In this document: piece after piece, positions 1 to 11,557 of the stretch
Position numbering within the stretch: the stretch's first letter is position 1
Layout: the number at the start of each line of letters is the position of its first letter
Assembly (NCBI GenBank): GCA_001643675.2
Contig: LSRY02000040.1
Coordinates: 62,001 to 126,000 of the forward strand
DNA from: Monocercomonoides exilis PA203
Lineage: Eukaryota; Protista; Preaxostyla
Direction: 5' to 3'
DNA: 64,000 bases
Program-made: the position numbers and the translations under genes
Notes under the pieces: generated by a model
Database searches by the model: none
Seen by the model: the letters and a program-made list of their open reading frames with translations, nothing else
What the model was told of the DNA's origin: nothing

Positions 1-7
1 GCGCTCA

Positions 8-2500
8 ATGTTTGTGCGGCAGCAATCGATGGAGTCGCAGCAGAAGAGGAAAGCCTCTTTTAAGCAGGGCTCACCCGAGATGGAGCTTTCTTATGTGAAG
101 TCAGCGTCTTCGATGCTGTCTGGTGCTGGCCCTTCTATGGATTCGATTAACGACACACCGTTTTCTCTGTCTTCTTCGAGTTCTTTGTTTGAAGAGCATC
201 TGACGACGATTCCATCGACATCGGGATTGCAGCCGCAAATGCCAACAGTCAGCGAGGAGAACGCAAAGGGAGCACAAATGAATGAACAAGGAAATGGAGA
301 AAGGAGAATATCACAGCCGCTGCTGACGAATATCGATGCTTCTTTGAACAATCAGAAAGCAGAGCCTGACGGAGCAGGAGGAGCAGAATCCCAGTCGAGC
401 CGATCGAAGAACGATGTGACTCCACCCGATCATCTTTCCTTCAACGCAAACGGAATTGCGATGGGTGAGCACGAAGGAGCATCAGTTGTTGCAAATGCCA
501 CTCCAACCGGAAACGCTACAAAGACGGTTATCAACCCAATGTTTGGCGGAAATGTGCTGGCAGCACCACAGACAACCAAGCCGCTTGGCATCAACCAGTT
601 CGACGAACTGAACAACATGTCACAAACTCCTCTTCTCATGCCACAGCTCTTTTCAAATAACGGAGGCGGAAGCCCTAACAACAATGGAAATAATAACCAG
701 CCCCACTTTGGGCTGATGTCCACAGCCTCGTTCTCCATCCAGCACACGATGTCTGAATATGAAACGGGATCTATTTTCAACTCGACTCAGATAATGCCCC
801 CGCTCTCACCAACAAACGTGTATCAACAGAAAAATCCAATGATGTTCGGCCAGAACCTGTCGCTTCCGCAGATCGACGTGCCAGCACCGATGCCCACTGT
901 CTCTGAGGCACAGTTGAGGACTGATCGAAACATGTTGGATGCGAACGAGCCAATTGTGCAGACACAACAACAACAACAACCTCAAGAGCAACAGCAGCAG
1001 CAACAAAATGGGACAGTTGATTTGAAGTTCATTTATGATGACGAAGATAATGAGGAAATAGAAAGAGCCAGGCAGATGGGGATGATCAGAAACGCCGTTG
1101 AAGATGCAGCGTGGGAAGAGCAAATGGAAAAGGATATAGAGAAGCACGAAGCAGCGTACAAGCAGCTGCCAAAGCCAGTCACAGCTAAAATCCGAGTGCC
1201 AATCTTTCTGTTTGTGGTACTTGGTCTTTGTGCTGTTCTTGTTACAGTTGCTTTGGCGGTGACGTATGTTACTGGCTTCAAGCCAATCTCAGCCAACATC
1301 ATTCTTTCTGGAATGCGTGCATCAATTCTGTTCCAAATCCAGTTTTTGCTGATATCCGTTCTTCAGCCTCTTCCACTTCTGAAGACCGACCAATCGATCA
1401 CGTTTCCGAGAGCAAACAATCCAGTCATGCACAACTCGTCCCATTGCTCTGGTGATCCACTCATTGCACGCAACATGCTGGTTCCGATGTCCAATTACTT
1501 CGATGCGGTGCATTTGGGGTGCCACTTCGGCGATTCGGAGTATTCGCACGCAGACGATGTCACATACGATGCAGTGACTGTGTCGCGGATGAAGACAGAG
1601 TTCAATGTGAAGACTCTGCTAGCAGACACTGAGTGCTTCCTGGCTGAATCTGATGATTGTTCTCAGGTGGATCCAATGCGGATATATGGAGTGCATGGAA
1701 ACCTTTATGGACTCACCTCACTTCTGGCGCGGATGAGGATAAATGTGGAGAGGATTTCGAAGATGGATGTTGAGAACATCACGTATTTAACCCCTGAAGC
1801 GCGATTCATTCTGAATGGACTCAGAAATGATATTGTGGGAGGCATAAACAAGATGACGAACATGATTTTGACTGAAGGAAAGGAAGAAGTGCAGGAGTCA
1901 GTAACCATTCTGATTGCTGTTATTGTTGCATTTTGTGTTTTGTATTTAGTATCCATGTTTGGGAACGGGTTGATGTGGATAGGGGAAATCGCGTTTATCG
2001 AAAATGCCTCTGAAAAGCTGTTGGATTTGCTGCCTATCAAAGAAGGCGAGAAGGAGATTGTGATGATGCCGTCGATGGTGACAGGGCACGACTCGTTCGA
2101 CAAAGGAAGAGAGGCAATTCTGGACTATGCGCAGCAGCTTATCACGTCAATCAACCAGAACGAGCCTTATGAATCATTGGTAGCAACGTTTTTCCAGCTT
2201 TCGTCTACGGCGTTTGCTGTCTTCAACGAGGAGGAGAGAGAAATGGCAGCGAAGAACTATGAAGGGATAGAGAGGCACAAGCGAGAGCATTTGCTGTTGA
2301 GGCAGCGGCTGACGATGATCGCAGACCTGCTTCGCTCAAAGAACGATGCAGCGAAGGCAGTTGGGAAGAGGAAGCTTGTTTCGCTGTTTGACATGCACTT
2401 CACCGACGAAGACATCAACTTTGCAGACACTTGTTTCGGGATGGATGATAACAATCAGAATAATAACGAAAACGACAATGACAACAACGACGATTTGTAA
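8..2500 (+). CDS. Membrane protein (probably 5'-truncated by the window) with two TM segments flanking a Cys-containing loop and a C-terminal hemerythrin-like domain
   Basis: 830-aa intronless ORF whose frame is open from the window start. Hydrophobic stretches are IFLFVVLGLCAVLVTVALAV and ILIAVIVAFCVLYLVSMF. The C-terminus VTGHDSFD...VFNEEEREM...Y...HKREH...MHFTDED follows hemerythrin motif spacing. Confidence 0.8.
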   Translation: MFVRQQSMESQQKRKASFKQGSPEMELSYVKSASSMLSGAGPSMDSINDTPFSLSSSSSLFEEHLTTIPSTSGLQPQMPTVSEENAKGAQMNEQGNGERRISQPLLTNIDASLNNQKAEPDGAGGAESQSSRSKNDVTPPDHLSFNANGIAMGEHEGASVVANATPTGNATKTVINPMFGGNVLAAPQTTKPLGINQFDELNNMSQTPLLMPQLFSNNGGGSPNNNGNNNQPHFGLMSTASFSIQHTMSEYETGSIFNSTQIMPPLSPTNVYQQKNPMMFGQNLSLPQIDVPAPMPTVSEAQLRTDRNMLDANEPIVQTQQQQQPQEQQQQQQNGTVDLKFIYDDEDNEEIERARQMGMIRNAVEDAAWEEQMEKDIEKHEAAYKQLPKPVTAKIRVPIFLFVVLGLCAVLVTVALAVTYVTGFKPISANIILSGMRASILFQIQFLLISVLQPLPLLKTDQSITFPRANNPVMHNSSHCSGDPLIARNMLVPMSNYFDAVHLGCHFGDSEYSHADDVTYDAVTVSRMKTEFNVKTLLADTECFLAESDDCSQVDPMRIYGVHGNLYGLTSLLARMRINVERISKMDVENITYLTPEARFILNGLRNDIVGGINKMTNMILTEGKEEVQESVTILIAVIVAFCVLYLVSMFGNGLMWIGEIAFIENASEKLLDLLPIKEGEKEIVMMPSMVTGHDSFDKGREAILDYAQQLITSINQNEPYESLVATFFQLSSTAFAVFNEEEREMAAKNYEGIERHKREHLLLRQRLTMIADLLRSKNDAAKAVGKRKLVSLFDMHFTDEDINFADTCFGMDDNNQNNNENDNDNNDDL

Positions 2501-4021
2501 TTGTGACTGGTTGCGTGTGCGTGTTTTTTTATTTGTGTGTGTGTTTGCGTTTATCTTTGTGCTTGTGCTTGTGTTTTTAGACATTTAATCTTCTTTTCTT
2601 TATTGGTAGTTTCAAAAATTTTTAAATCCATTTAAATAAATCTAGTGAAATGGGTATCAATTTTTGAAGTTTTCTTCTCTCTCGCTCTCATTCTTTTTAT
2701 AGTAGTTTTTTAGATTTTTTTTAACATTATCTTTTTTTCCATTGAAAATAATGCCTCTTATTCATTGAAAGTGTCTGTGAAGGAACTAGTACTTCAAACT
2801 TTACCTCTCTCCTTTTATATGTGTGTAATTTTGGTTTATTTGTATATCTTTAGCTATCTGAAGAGAAATTTGGATATATTCATTGAGAAACTTTATAATG
2901 TTTTGTTCGCGTCAAATTTTCTAGTTTTTATTTTTAATTTATTTTATTTTTTTTCGTATTTCTTTGAGAGTGAATCAAGTTTTTTCCCCCCACTTTCAAA
3001 CAACAAATTAATATTTTCATTTTGCATCCATTTTTGTTGTAACATTTTTTTTTTGAATGTGTTAAGTTCATTTTCATCCCAATTGTTTCTTTTTTGCTTT
3101 TGCTGTTTTATTTCGGTTATGCTAAAAAGCATAAAAGTCGCATAACTTTTAATTGTTGTACATCACATTTATATCACCCAGAATTAGAAATTTTTAAAGT
3201 TTTATGTTTTATGTGGATAGTTTGATTTATTAATTGAATTTTTGTTTTGTTTGTTTTATTTTTTCGAAATCAACATGCACATTTGATGGAGTTTTCATTT
3301 GACGCCAAATTAGGATTTGTTTTTCTCTCTGAAAAAGGTTGTGTTACCGTTTTTGAATATTCAAAAATTGTTGCATTTAATGCTTTTTATTGATGAAGTT
3401 TGAATCGAGCTTTTTTTTTAATTGTCATTCGCAAAGGTTGTTTTAATGAAGAATAAGTTTATTTGAAGAAGAAATGCTTCATTCAACAAACTCGCTTCAT
3501 TTAAAAATTCTTAACATCGTTTAATAAGGCAATTTCGAGTTGTAATAATCTTATCACAATTTATTTGATTGTAATTTTGAAATGAAAAAATAATATCTAG
3601 AAAAATCATTTCATTATTATTTTCTTTCTTTCTTTTATTTTTTGAAGTTATTTTCTTTCATAATTCATCGTTTTGTTGAAAACTTATCAAAAATTGATGT
3701 TCAAGGAACTTAATGTTTGAATAATCGAAGAATGAATGAGAGTCAATAATTTATCATAAAATTAGTTTTTCAGCTGTTCCCAAAGAATTATCAACTGAAA
3801 TGATCGACGCCAGATTTACGCACAAACTGAAATATGTTTTTGAAGGTGTTTTTTTTTTTTTTTTTTTGACTTCGAAGACATTTTAAAAGAAAAATGCATC
3901 CTCCTTTTTGAATTTGTATGAAAATCATGCTCTGAATGATATTCACTTATGAGCTGTGTTTTCTCCGAATTTTAATGAGTTAAATACATTTGCTAAGTGA
4001 TGCTGGTTAGTTGATATTTTT

Positions 4022-5250
4022 CTCAAATATCTTCATCAGGGTAACTTCCTCTTTTGATCATTGCTCTGTTCTTTTCAATGGTCTCTCTGTGTTGAATTCG
4101 TGTGCTCACTTGAGATGAAAGAACAAAAAGAAGAAGATCTGTATTCTTCGCAGATACATTAAAAATTGATGTTTGACAGTTGAGAAATTGAAAAACAAAC
4201 ATTCTGCGCCTGTGCACATAAAACAGAAGAGCCAGATCAGCCAAGCTGAGGAAGAGAAACTCAATTTTGGAAAGAGTGTTTATTCTGCTTTATGGACTGT
4301 CTTGGAAGAATCAGATGTGATTGGAGGTATGCCCAGTTGTGAATTTCGCTGAACATGCGTTGATTCTAATTGCTAATGAAATCTTCCATTTGAATCGGAA
4401 TCAATCCAGAAAGACGAGGGATTGATGTGATGTTTGACAAACAAAATTTATATTTCAATGCCTCAGCGTTTGATAGATATCGTTGAAGATGAATGGAGTG
4501 CATCCAATCTCTCCAATGGCAGATTGCAGCAACACGAAAGAATACCCCCAAAAAACAACATCCAAAATTGATGTCTCCGTCTTCATTCCAAAGAAACAGA
4601 AATTTGATTGGACTTCTTTCTTTCCTCCAAAACCCCATTCTCCCATTCATTTGCAGAGAAATAACCTTGCTGGAGTGTATCTCATGGAAAAGTCGTCTTC
4701 CTCCTTCTTCTCCAAATCTCATTTCAACTGAAATGAAAATGTCCCTGAATGAACAAATCTGTTTTTAACATCCAATCAAATGAATAAATTTCCTTTTGAT
4801 GTTTCACTCTCAATGAACTGAAGAATCTCCATCATTTCTGTTGGAGCTGAAATTCATCCTTTTCTTCATGGCACAAGATTATTTGGCTATTGGTGCATTG
4901 GAGCCTTGATTTTCTTCCTCTCTTCAAGCATGTTCTCCATGTTCAAAATCATGTTCTTTTCTTTTCTTTTGTTCAGACAATTTGTGATGATTTTCAGATT
5001 TTCATTTCTTTTCATCTTTCGCAACCCAATGATCCATTGACAGATGATTTCAAAATGCAACAATCCACAAAATATGTCAAATGCTCAGGCACCATCTGTT
5101 CTTGTTTTCTACATCATTCTTCTCTATAAAAATCAACTAAAAACATCTTCCTTACGCTCATTCAATCTGTCAAATTTATTTTTCTCTTTGCTAAAGTATT
5201 TGCTATTAATTCCATTGGTGAAAAAGATGTGATTCAAAAAGTTAATGAAT
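4022..5250 (-). pseudogene. Degenerate coding-like relic upstream of each family gene (also ~9670-10740 +, ~42970-44040 -, ~49330-51200 +)
   Basis: Shared peptide fragments (MRFGEEGGRRLFHEIHSSKVISLQMNGRMGFW; PMxQLPNNLVP) are broken by stops and frameshifts in all four copies. Confidence 0.45.
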
Positions 5251-5517
5251 TTTTTTAAAAAAAACGATATTCATCAAATAAATTGTTGGTTATGATCAAA
5301 AATAAACAAAAGATTTTCATTTTCTGCCATCATTCAACCAATTCTTGTGGCTTTTTTGCACTTTCTTTTGCAATTCTTTTTATATAACAAAAATAAAACA
5401 GATTAAATTGCTATCATTTTAGGACTGCAAGATAATCAACGATGTTTGTATTTATCTTTTATTTTGTTATTTACAAGGCTTTTCCACTATTTATGAATAT
5501 TTTTTATAACAAGCTGG

Positions 5518-6968
5518 ATGAGTTTGCCAAATGCTGATAAATGTGAAAAAGGAGTTCAGACTATGACCAGAACCAAGAAGTTTTCAAGTTTGTGCATTAA
5601 TTTGGATTAAATAATTCTGAACATAATTTTTGTTTTTTTAAATTCTATTTGAAGAATTGTTCCATGAGCTTAAGCGTCGCAGAAAAGATAAGCAAAAACA
5701 GAAAATCGAAGAGATGAATAGATTAATTGAAGAAATGAATGAAGTAGAATTAAAATCAATTTTCACAAAAGAACTGTTCGATAAAATGTCAAAAATGATT
5801 AATGAAAAGAAATTGTCATTGGAAAAGGCAATTGTGCTGTTGAAGCATGTTGGATGTTGCGAAATGCTGAAACATATTTCATTTTATTCTTTTGATAATT
5901 CATTATTGAGCAAAAGAATGAAAGAGATGACGATTGATGAAAATGAGAAGAAAAAGGATGAAAAGCATTTGGCTGATCTCTGTGAATGTTATGCTTTGCT
6001 GAATGACAAAGAATTTCCTGAAGAATTGATACCAATTTGTTTGCCTTGTCTTCTGAAAGTTGCCTCGAAGAAAGAGAGAAACAAGGAGACTCAAAAAGAA
6101 GTTGAAATGGCGTTGCTGGCTTTGGGCAATATTGGATTTTGGGTTTGAGAACATTTTTCCATTTTGATATTGTTGAATTGCATTTTCCTCTTTTTTTACA
6201 TAGGAAATGAGAAGAGAACTGTATTTGAATGAAATCAAAGAAATCATCAAGTATCATCAAGAGCATCACAATCTCACTCATCTTGCATATGGATGCGCTT
6301 GGAAGTTCTTGTATAATAGGTATTTCAACGACAGAAGCTTGGAAGATGTTATTGTGAATGAACTTCATTTTGCAAGAGAATCAAGAAGAGAACTGGAAGA
6401 ACTGACAAAAAGTGTGGATTGGAAGAGAAAAGACGAGGAAAAAGGAGAAAGGGAAGCGAAGGAAGCACTTGCTTTCTGGAGATGGTTTTATGTTATAGAT
6501 TTTTACTTTAACTTCTGTGAATTGTGGAGCGTAGAATGGGAAGGATTTATCAGCAGCATTGTTCAAGTGTTTCGAGCATCAAGGGGCAATCACAAAGATA
6601 TACACGATAAATGCTTCGATATACTTAGATATGCTGCTGATATTAGAAATGTGAAAATTGATGACTTGCTGAAAAGCGGAGCTATCGGGGCTGTTGTGGA
6701 GGAGATTCAGCAGCCAACAATTAATGATGATTTGATAAAGAATTGTTATTATTTCTTTTTGAATTTTTCAGAAAGACTGAAAGAAAAGGATGATGGAGAA
6801 ACGGACGAAACAAAACGAAAAGAATTGAAAAGAAAGATATTTGAAAAGATGGAAGAAGAAGGATACGAAGATGTCATGGCAAGCTTTCACAAAGTATTTG
6901 AAATTCTTTACAGAAAAATTTATCCTAGAATATCGTTCGATGTATCTGATAATTTTGTAAATGTTTAA
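5518..6968 (+). CDS. Lineage-specific helical-repeat-like protein family, copy 1 (exons 5518-5587, 5655-6142, 6204-6968)
   Basis: GT-AG introns restore the frame. Family motifs LLKVA..KEVEMALLAL, NELHF.REA.RELEEL...VDWKRK and FEKMEEEGYED are shared with the other copies. Confidence 0.85.
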
Positions 6969-7977
6969 CCAAATTCTTTTCAACAAAAATTGAAACTCAA
7001 AAATTATATTTTCTTATCTTTTTTATTCATTTCACAAAATGGGAGGAAAATAAGAATTGGATGATTTTATTGATTTTATTTCCTTTTTCAAAAAAATAAA
7101 AAAATATGACATTCTTTTCTTTTCAATTTGTTCCATCAAGAATCTTCGTTGAATGGATCATAGCACTCCATCTTCTTCAACAAGATTCATTTTTATTTTA
7201 ATTCATTCAATTGTTCAGTTATTGCATCTTGAATCCTCTGGTTTCCTTTGTTAATTCTCTTTCTCATTATAATTTCAATGAAAAATCGAAGGTGAAGGAG
7301 AAGAATACAAAAGAAATGAAGAAAGAAATGTTTGTTGAAGAAACCTGTTATCAACTTCTTTTGTTCAAAATAAAACAGAAATAAATCTGATGACAAAGAA
7401 GAAGAAGAAAAAAAATGAAAATCTTATTCAAAAACTGCTTGGCTGAAACAAGTCAATCTCGATTGAATTCTATCTCTGTTTTTCTTTCTCTTTTGCTCAG
7501 AAATCTTCAATTGAAATTCATCCAATTTTTGTTTCATTGCCCTTCCCTCCCATTCCATCCATCATCTGAAAGTGACTCAACCCCAATTCATCTGAGTTGT
7601 GTGTTGTCTTCTTTGTCGAAACAGAAAGTTGAAGAAGAAGAAGAAGAAGAAGAAAAGGAAGATCGCAAATGTTGAAATGAAGGCAGATGCTGTGTGAATG
7701 TTTGAATGAGGGAGGGAGAGTGTGTGAGTGACGTCGAAGTGGATGATGAGAATGAGAAGACTGAATGAAATGAATGAAGAACACACAATTTTTGTTGAAT
7801 ATTCTTCGTGTTCAACTGAAAATGTTGCTTCAGAACGAAATCTTTTCTCTTTTCTCTTCTCTTCTTATCTTTTCATATTTGTTTTTTCACATGCTCGCTT
7901 TCTTTCGTCTTTCTTCTTCAAGTTTTCTTCTTTTCTGAGATGAGATGAAATGAATGGAAATGTGTTGAACATTCGCT

Positions 7978-9427
7978 TCACAGACTCCAAAGATAATCTG
8001 ATGAGTATTTTGACAGCTGCAAAAATTTTGACTTTTCTGCCAAATCAGGAAGAATTGCATGAAAGCTCGTCATGACATCTTCATATCCTTCTTCTATCCA
8101 TTCAAACATCTTTCTTTTGATCGACTTTCTTTTCGCTTCTTTCTTTTCATCATCCTTCTTTTCATTCAATCGCCTTGAAACATTCAAAAAGAAATACAAG
8201 CAATCATACACAATTTTATCTTCCAAAGTTGATTGCTTCATTTCTTCTGAAAATGCATCAACAGCTCCGCTTTTCAGCAAGTCATCAATTTTCACGTTTC
8301 TATTTTCTGCTGCATTTGTTATAGAAAAAAAGCACCAGTTGCTAACTTTTTTGGAATTATCTCTGAATTCTCGAATCATTTGAACAAAGCTGGATAAAAG
8401 CTTTTCAACTTCTTCGTTCCACAATTTGCACGAGGTAAAGTAATTATCAATATTATAGATCCATTTCCTGAAAATAAGCAATTCTTTCGCTTCTTTTCCT
8501 GTTTCTTCTTTTCTCTTCCAATCCACATCTCTTTTCAGTTCTTCGATTTCTCTTCTTGCTTCTCTCGCAAAATGCAGATCATTCACAAACACTTCTTCCA
8601 AGCTTTCGTAGTTGTGAAATCTTTTTATCAAAAACTCCCAAGCAGACTGATAGGCAAGTCGTGTCAGATTCTGATGTTCCTGGTGATATTTGATAATTTC
8701 TTTGATTTCATTCCCATACGACTCTTTTTCGACCTGCCAACATTAAAAAAAAAGATGGAGAAAAAATATAACATCAAAAATTAAATAGAAATTCTCAAAC
8801 CCAATATCCAATATTGCCCAAAGCCAGCAACGCCATTTCCACTTCCTTCTGAGCTTCTTCGGTCTCGTCTTTCTTCAATGCAACTTTCAGAAGGCAAGGC
8901 ACAATGATTGAAAGAACTTCACCAAAAATGTCATCTTCACCCAGCAAAGCATAACATTCACAGAGATCTGTAAGAATTTTTTCGTTTATTTCTTCTTTCT
9001 TCTCATTTTCATCAATTATCATCTCTTTCATCCTTTCTCTCAATAACGAATAATCAAAAGATTCTAAGTAAATTATTTTCAGCTCTCTGTAATACCCAAC
9101 ATGCTTCAATAACACAAGTGCATTTTCCAATGGTAACGTCTTTTCTTCAATTATTTGGTGAATTTTATCGAATAGTTCTATTGTGAAAATTGATTTTAAT
9201 TCTTCTTCATTCATTTCATCAATTAATCCATTCATTTCCTCCATTTTCTGCATTTGTTCATCTTCTCTGCAACGTTCAAGCTCATCGAACAATTCTGCAA
9301 ATAGAATTAAAAAATCAAAAAAATCTTTAATAACCGTTTAATCCAAATTAAAGAACAAACTTGAAAATCGTTCTGTTTTTGTCATCATCTGCATTCTGTC
9401 TTCAGATGCATCATTTGGCAAACTCAT
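7978..9427 (-). CDS. Same family, copy 2 (three exons)
   Basis: ORFs 8795-9292 and 7978-8631 are joined by an intron at the same position as in copy 1. ATG at 9427. Confidence 0.85.
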
Positions 9428-11026
9428 TCTGTTTGTTCCAAAAAATATTCAAAAAGAAGGGCAAAGCTTGGTAAATAACAAAATAAAAGATAAATACAAG
9501 CATGGTTGATTATCTTTCAGTCATAAAATGATCGCAACACAAACCGTTCTGTTTTTGTTATATAAAAAGAAGTGCAAAAGAAATTGCGAAGAAGCCCCGA
9601 GGATTGGCTGTATAAGGCCAGAAATGGAAATTTTTTGTTTATTTTTGATCTAACCAACAGATTATTTGAAGAATGATGGTTTTTCAAAAAAAAATCATTA
9701 ACTTTTTGAATCACATCTTTTTGTCCAACGGAATTAATAGCAAATGCCTTATCAAAGAGGAAAAGAAATCTGGCAGACTGAATGAGCGAACGGAAGATGT
9801 TTTTAGTTGTTTTTTGTGGAGAAGAATGAGTCTGAAAACCAAAAACAGATGGTTGTTGATGGTTTGACATATTTTGTGGATTGTTGCATTTTGAGATCAT
9901 TTGTCAATGGATCGTTGGGTCATGAAGGATGAAAAGAAAAGAAATTCCGAAAATCATCGCAAATTGTCTGAACAAAAGAAAAGAAAAGAAAAGAACATGA
10001 ATATGAACATGGAGAACATGCTTGAAGAGAGGAAGAAAATCAAGGCCCCAATGCACCAATTGCCAAATAATCTTGTGCCATGAAGAAAAGGAATGAAGTC
10101 CAGCACCAACAGAAAAGATGGAGATTCTTCAGTTCATTGAGAGTGAAACATCAAAAGGAAATTTATTCATTTGTTTGGATGTTAAAAACAGATTTGTTCA
10201 TTCAGGGACATTTTCATTTCAGTTGAAATGAGATTTGGAGAAGAAGGAGGAAGACGACTTTTCCATGAGATACACTCCAGCAAGGTTATTTCTCTGCAAA
10301 TGAATGGGAGAATGGGGTTTTGGAGGAAAGAAAGAAGTCCAATCAAATTTCAGTTGCATCAGAATGAAGAGAACAGCTTCTTTTTTGAACAATACTCAGT
10401 AAATTATTTCGTATACTGCAATCAACCGTTGGTGAGTTTAGATGCTTTCCGTTCATCTTCAACGACGTCTATCAAACATTGAGTCATCAAAAAATAAATT
10501 CAGTTTGTCAAACGACGTGTCAATCTGTCATCTTTCAGCTATCAATTCCAATTCATTTTGGAATTTCTGTTTGCATTTGATTTTTAATCTTTATCTTGAT
10601 GAAACGTTTAACTCAAGTGAGTGTTGAAACTGTCCATTTGCTCATCATATGATAGGAAATGAGACACTTTCAGCTCAGCTTCACGAATAATAAAGAATCA
10701 AATGCTCCATTTTCCATGAAGAGCAGTTTACGTCGAAAAGGCTCAGAATCGTCCCAGACATCACCTGCGATATCATAATCATCTTCCTATTTTTCTTCTA
10801 TTGCATTATCATTGTTGCTATCACAATTTCCATTGTCATTCTTTTCATCAGTTTCTTCTTCCTCCCCTCCGCCGCGATCAAATTCTTCTTCGAATTCTTC
10901 ATTGCATCCAACTTTTGCATCTTTGCTGAATCATTCAACAAAGTAGACAACTAAATGCTCAAAACATATCACTTTATTGGCTTCAGGAAATGCAAACAAA
11001 GAAATTGAAAAAATGATAATGATAAT

Positions 11027-11248
11027 TTGGAAGAAAGGAAAAAGAGCAGGTCAGAAACAGAAATAGAAGAGTGTGACGAAGACGGTGATAAAACAGATCG
11101 AAAAGGATTGAAAAGGGAGATATTTGAAAAGATGGAAGAAGAAGGATACGAAGATTGCATTTTTGGATTATGCAATTACAAAGTTAAATCATTATTTGAT
11201 GAACATATTTTTGTACCAAATGTTGAACGTTTATTTGTCCATTATTAA
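11027..11248 (+). pseudogene. Orphan 3' fragment of the same family
   Basis: FEKMEEEGYEDCIFGLCNYKVKSLFDEHIFVPNVERLFVHY plus its 3' flank is nearly identical to 41155-41440. No upstream exons. Confidence 0.75.
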
Positions 11249-11557
11249 ATAACAAACTTTTATTTTTTTTATTCACTTTATTTTTTTTTCTTTTCACTTC
11301 ATTCATCTTTGAGTATTGCATTTGTTCTCATCTATTTGTGTGTTCAAGAAATATAAATATGCTCTTTCATTCCAGTTATTTGTTCTGAAGCATCAATAAA
11401 AAGAAAACTTGTTTGAGGAAAAAGATGTCAAGCTTTGAAAACGAAGCTAAAGGAAATTTGAAGAAATGAGATAGCATTGAATACAAGGGGAAAAAATAAA
11501 ATATTAAAATGATGTTACCATTCGAAAATAATGAAACTTATTCAAACATTCACAATA

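Larger units (their letters stand above)
4022..10740. repeat. Palindromic cassette 1: upstream relic + family gene (+), convergent with family gene (-) + upstream relic
   Basis: 4590-5650 is an inverted, diverged copy of about 9300-10370. The whole unit is an inverted paralog of 42970-50570. Confidence 0.85.

Noticed and set aside
3771-3790. CAGCTGTTCCCAAAG resembling the Tc1-like TIR
   Set aside because: Short and imperfect, with no TA flank and no partner repeat.
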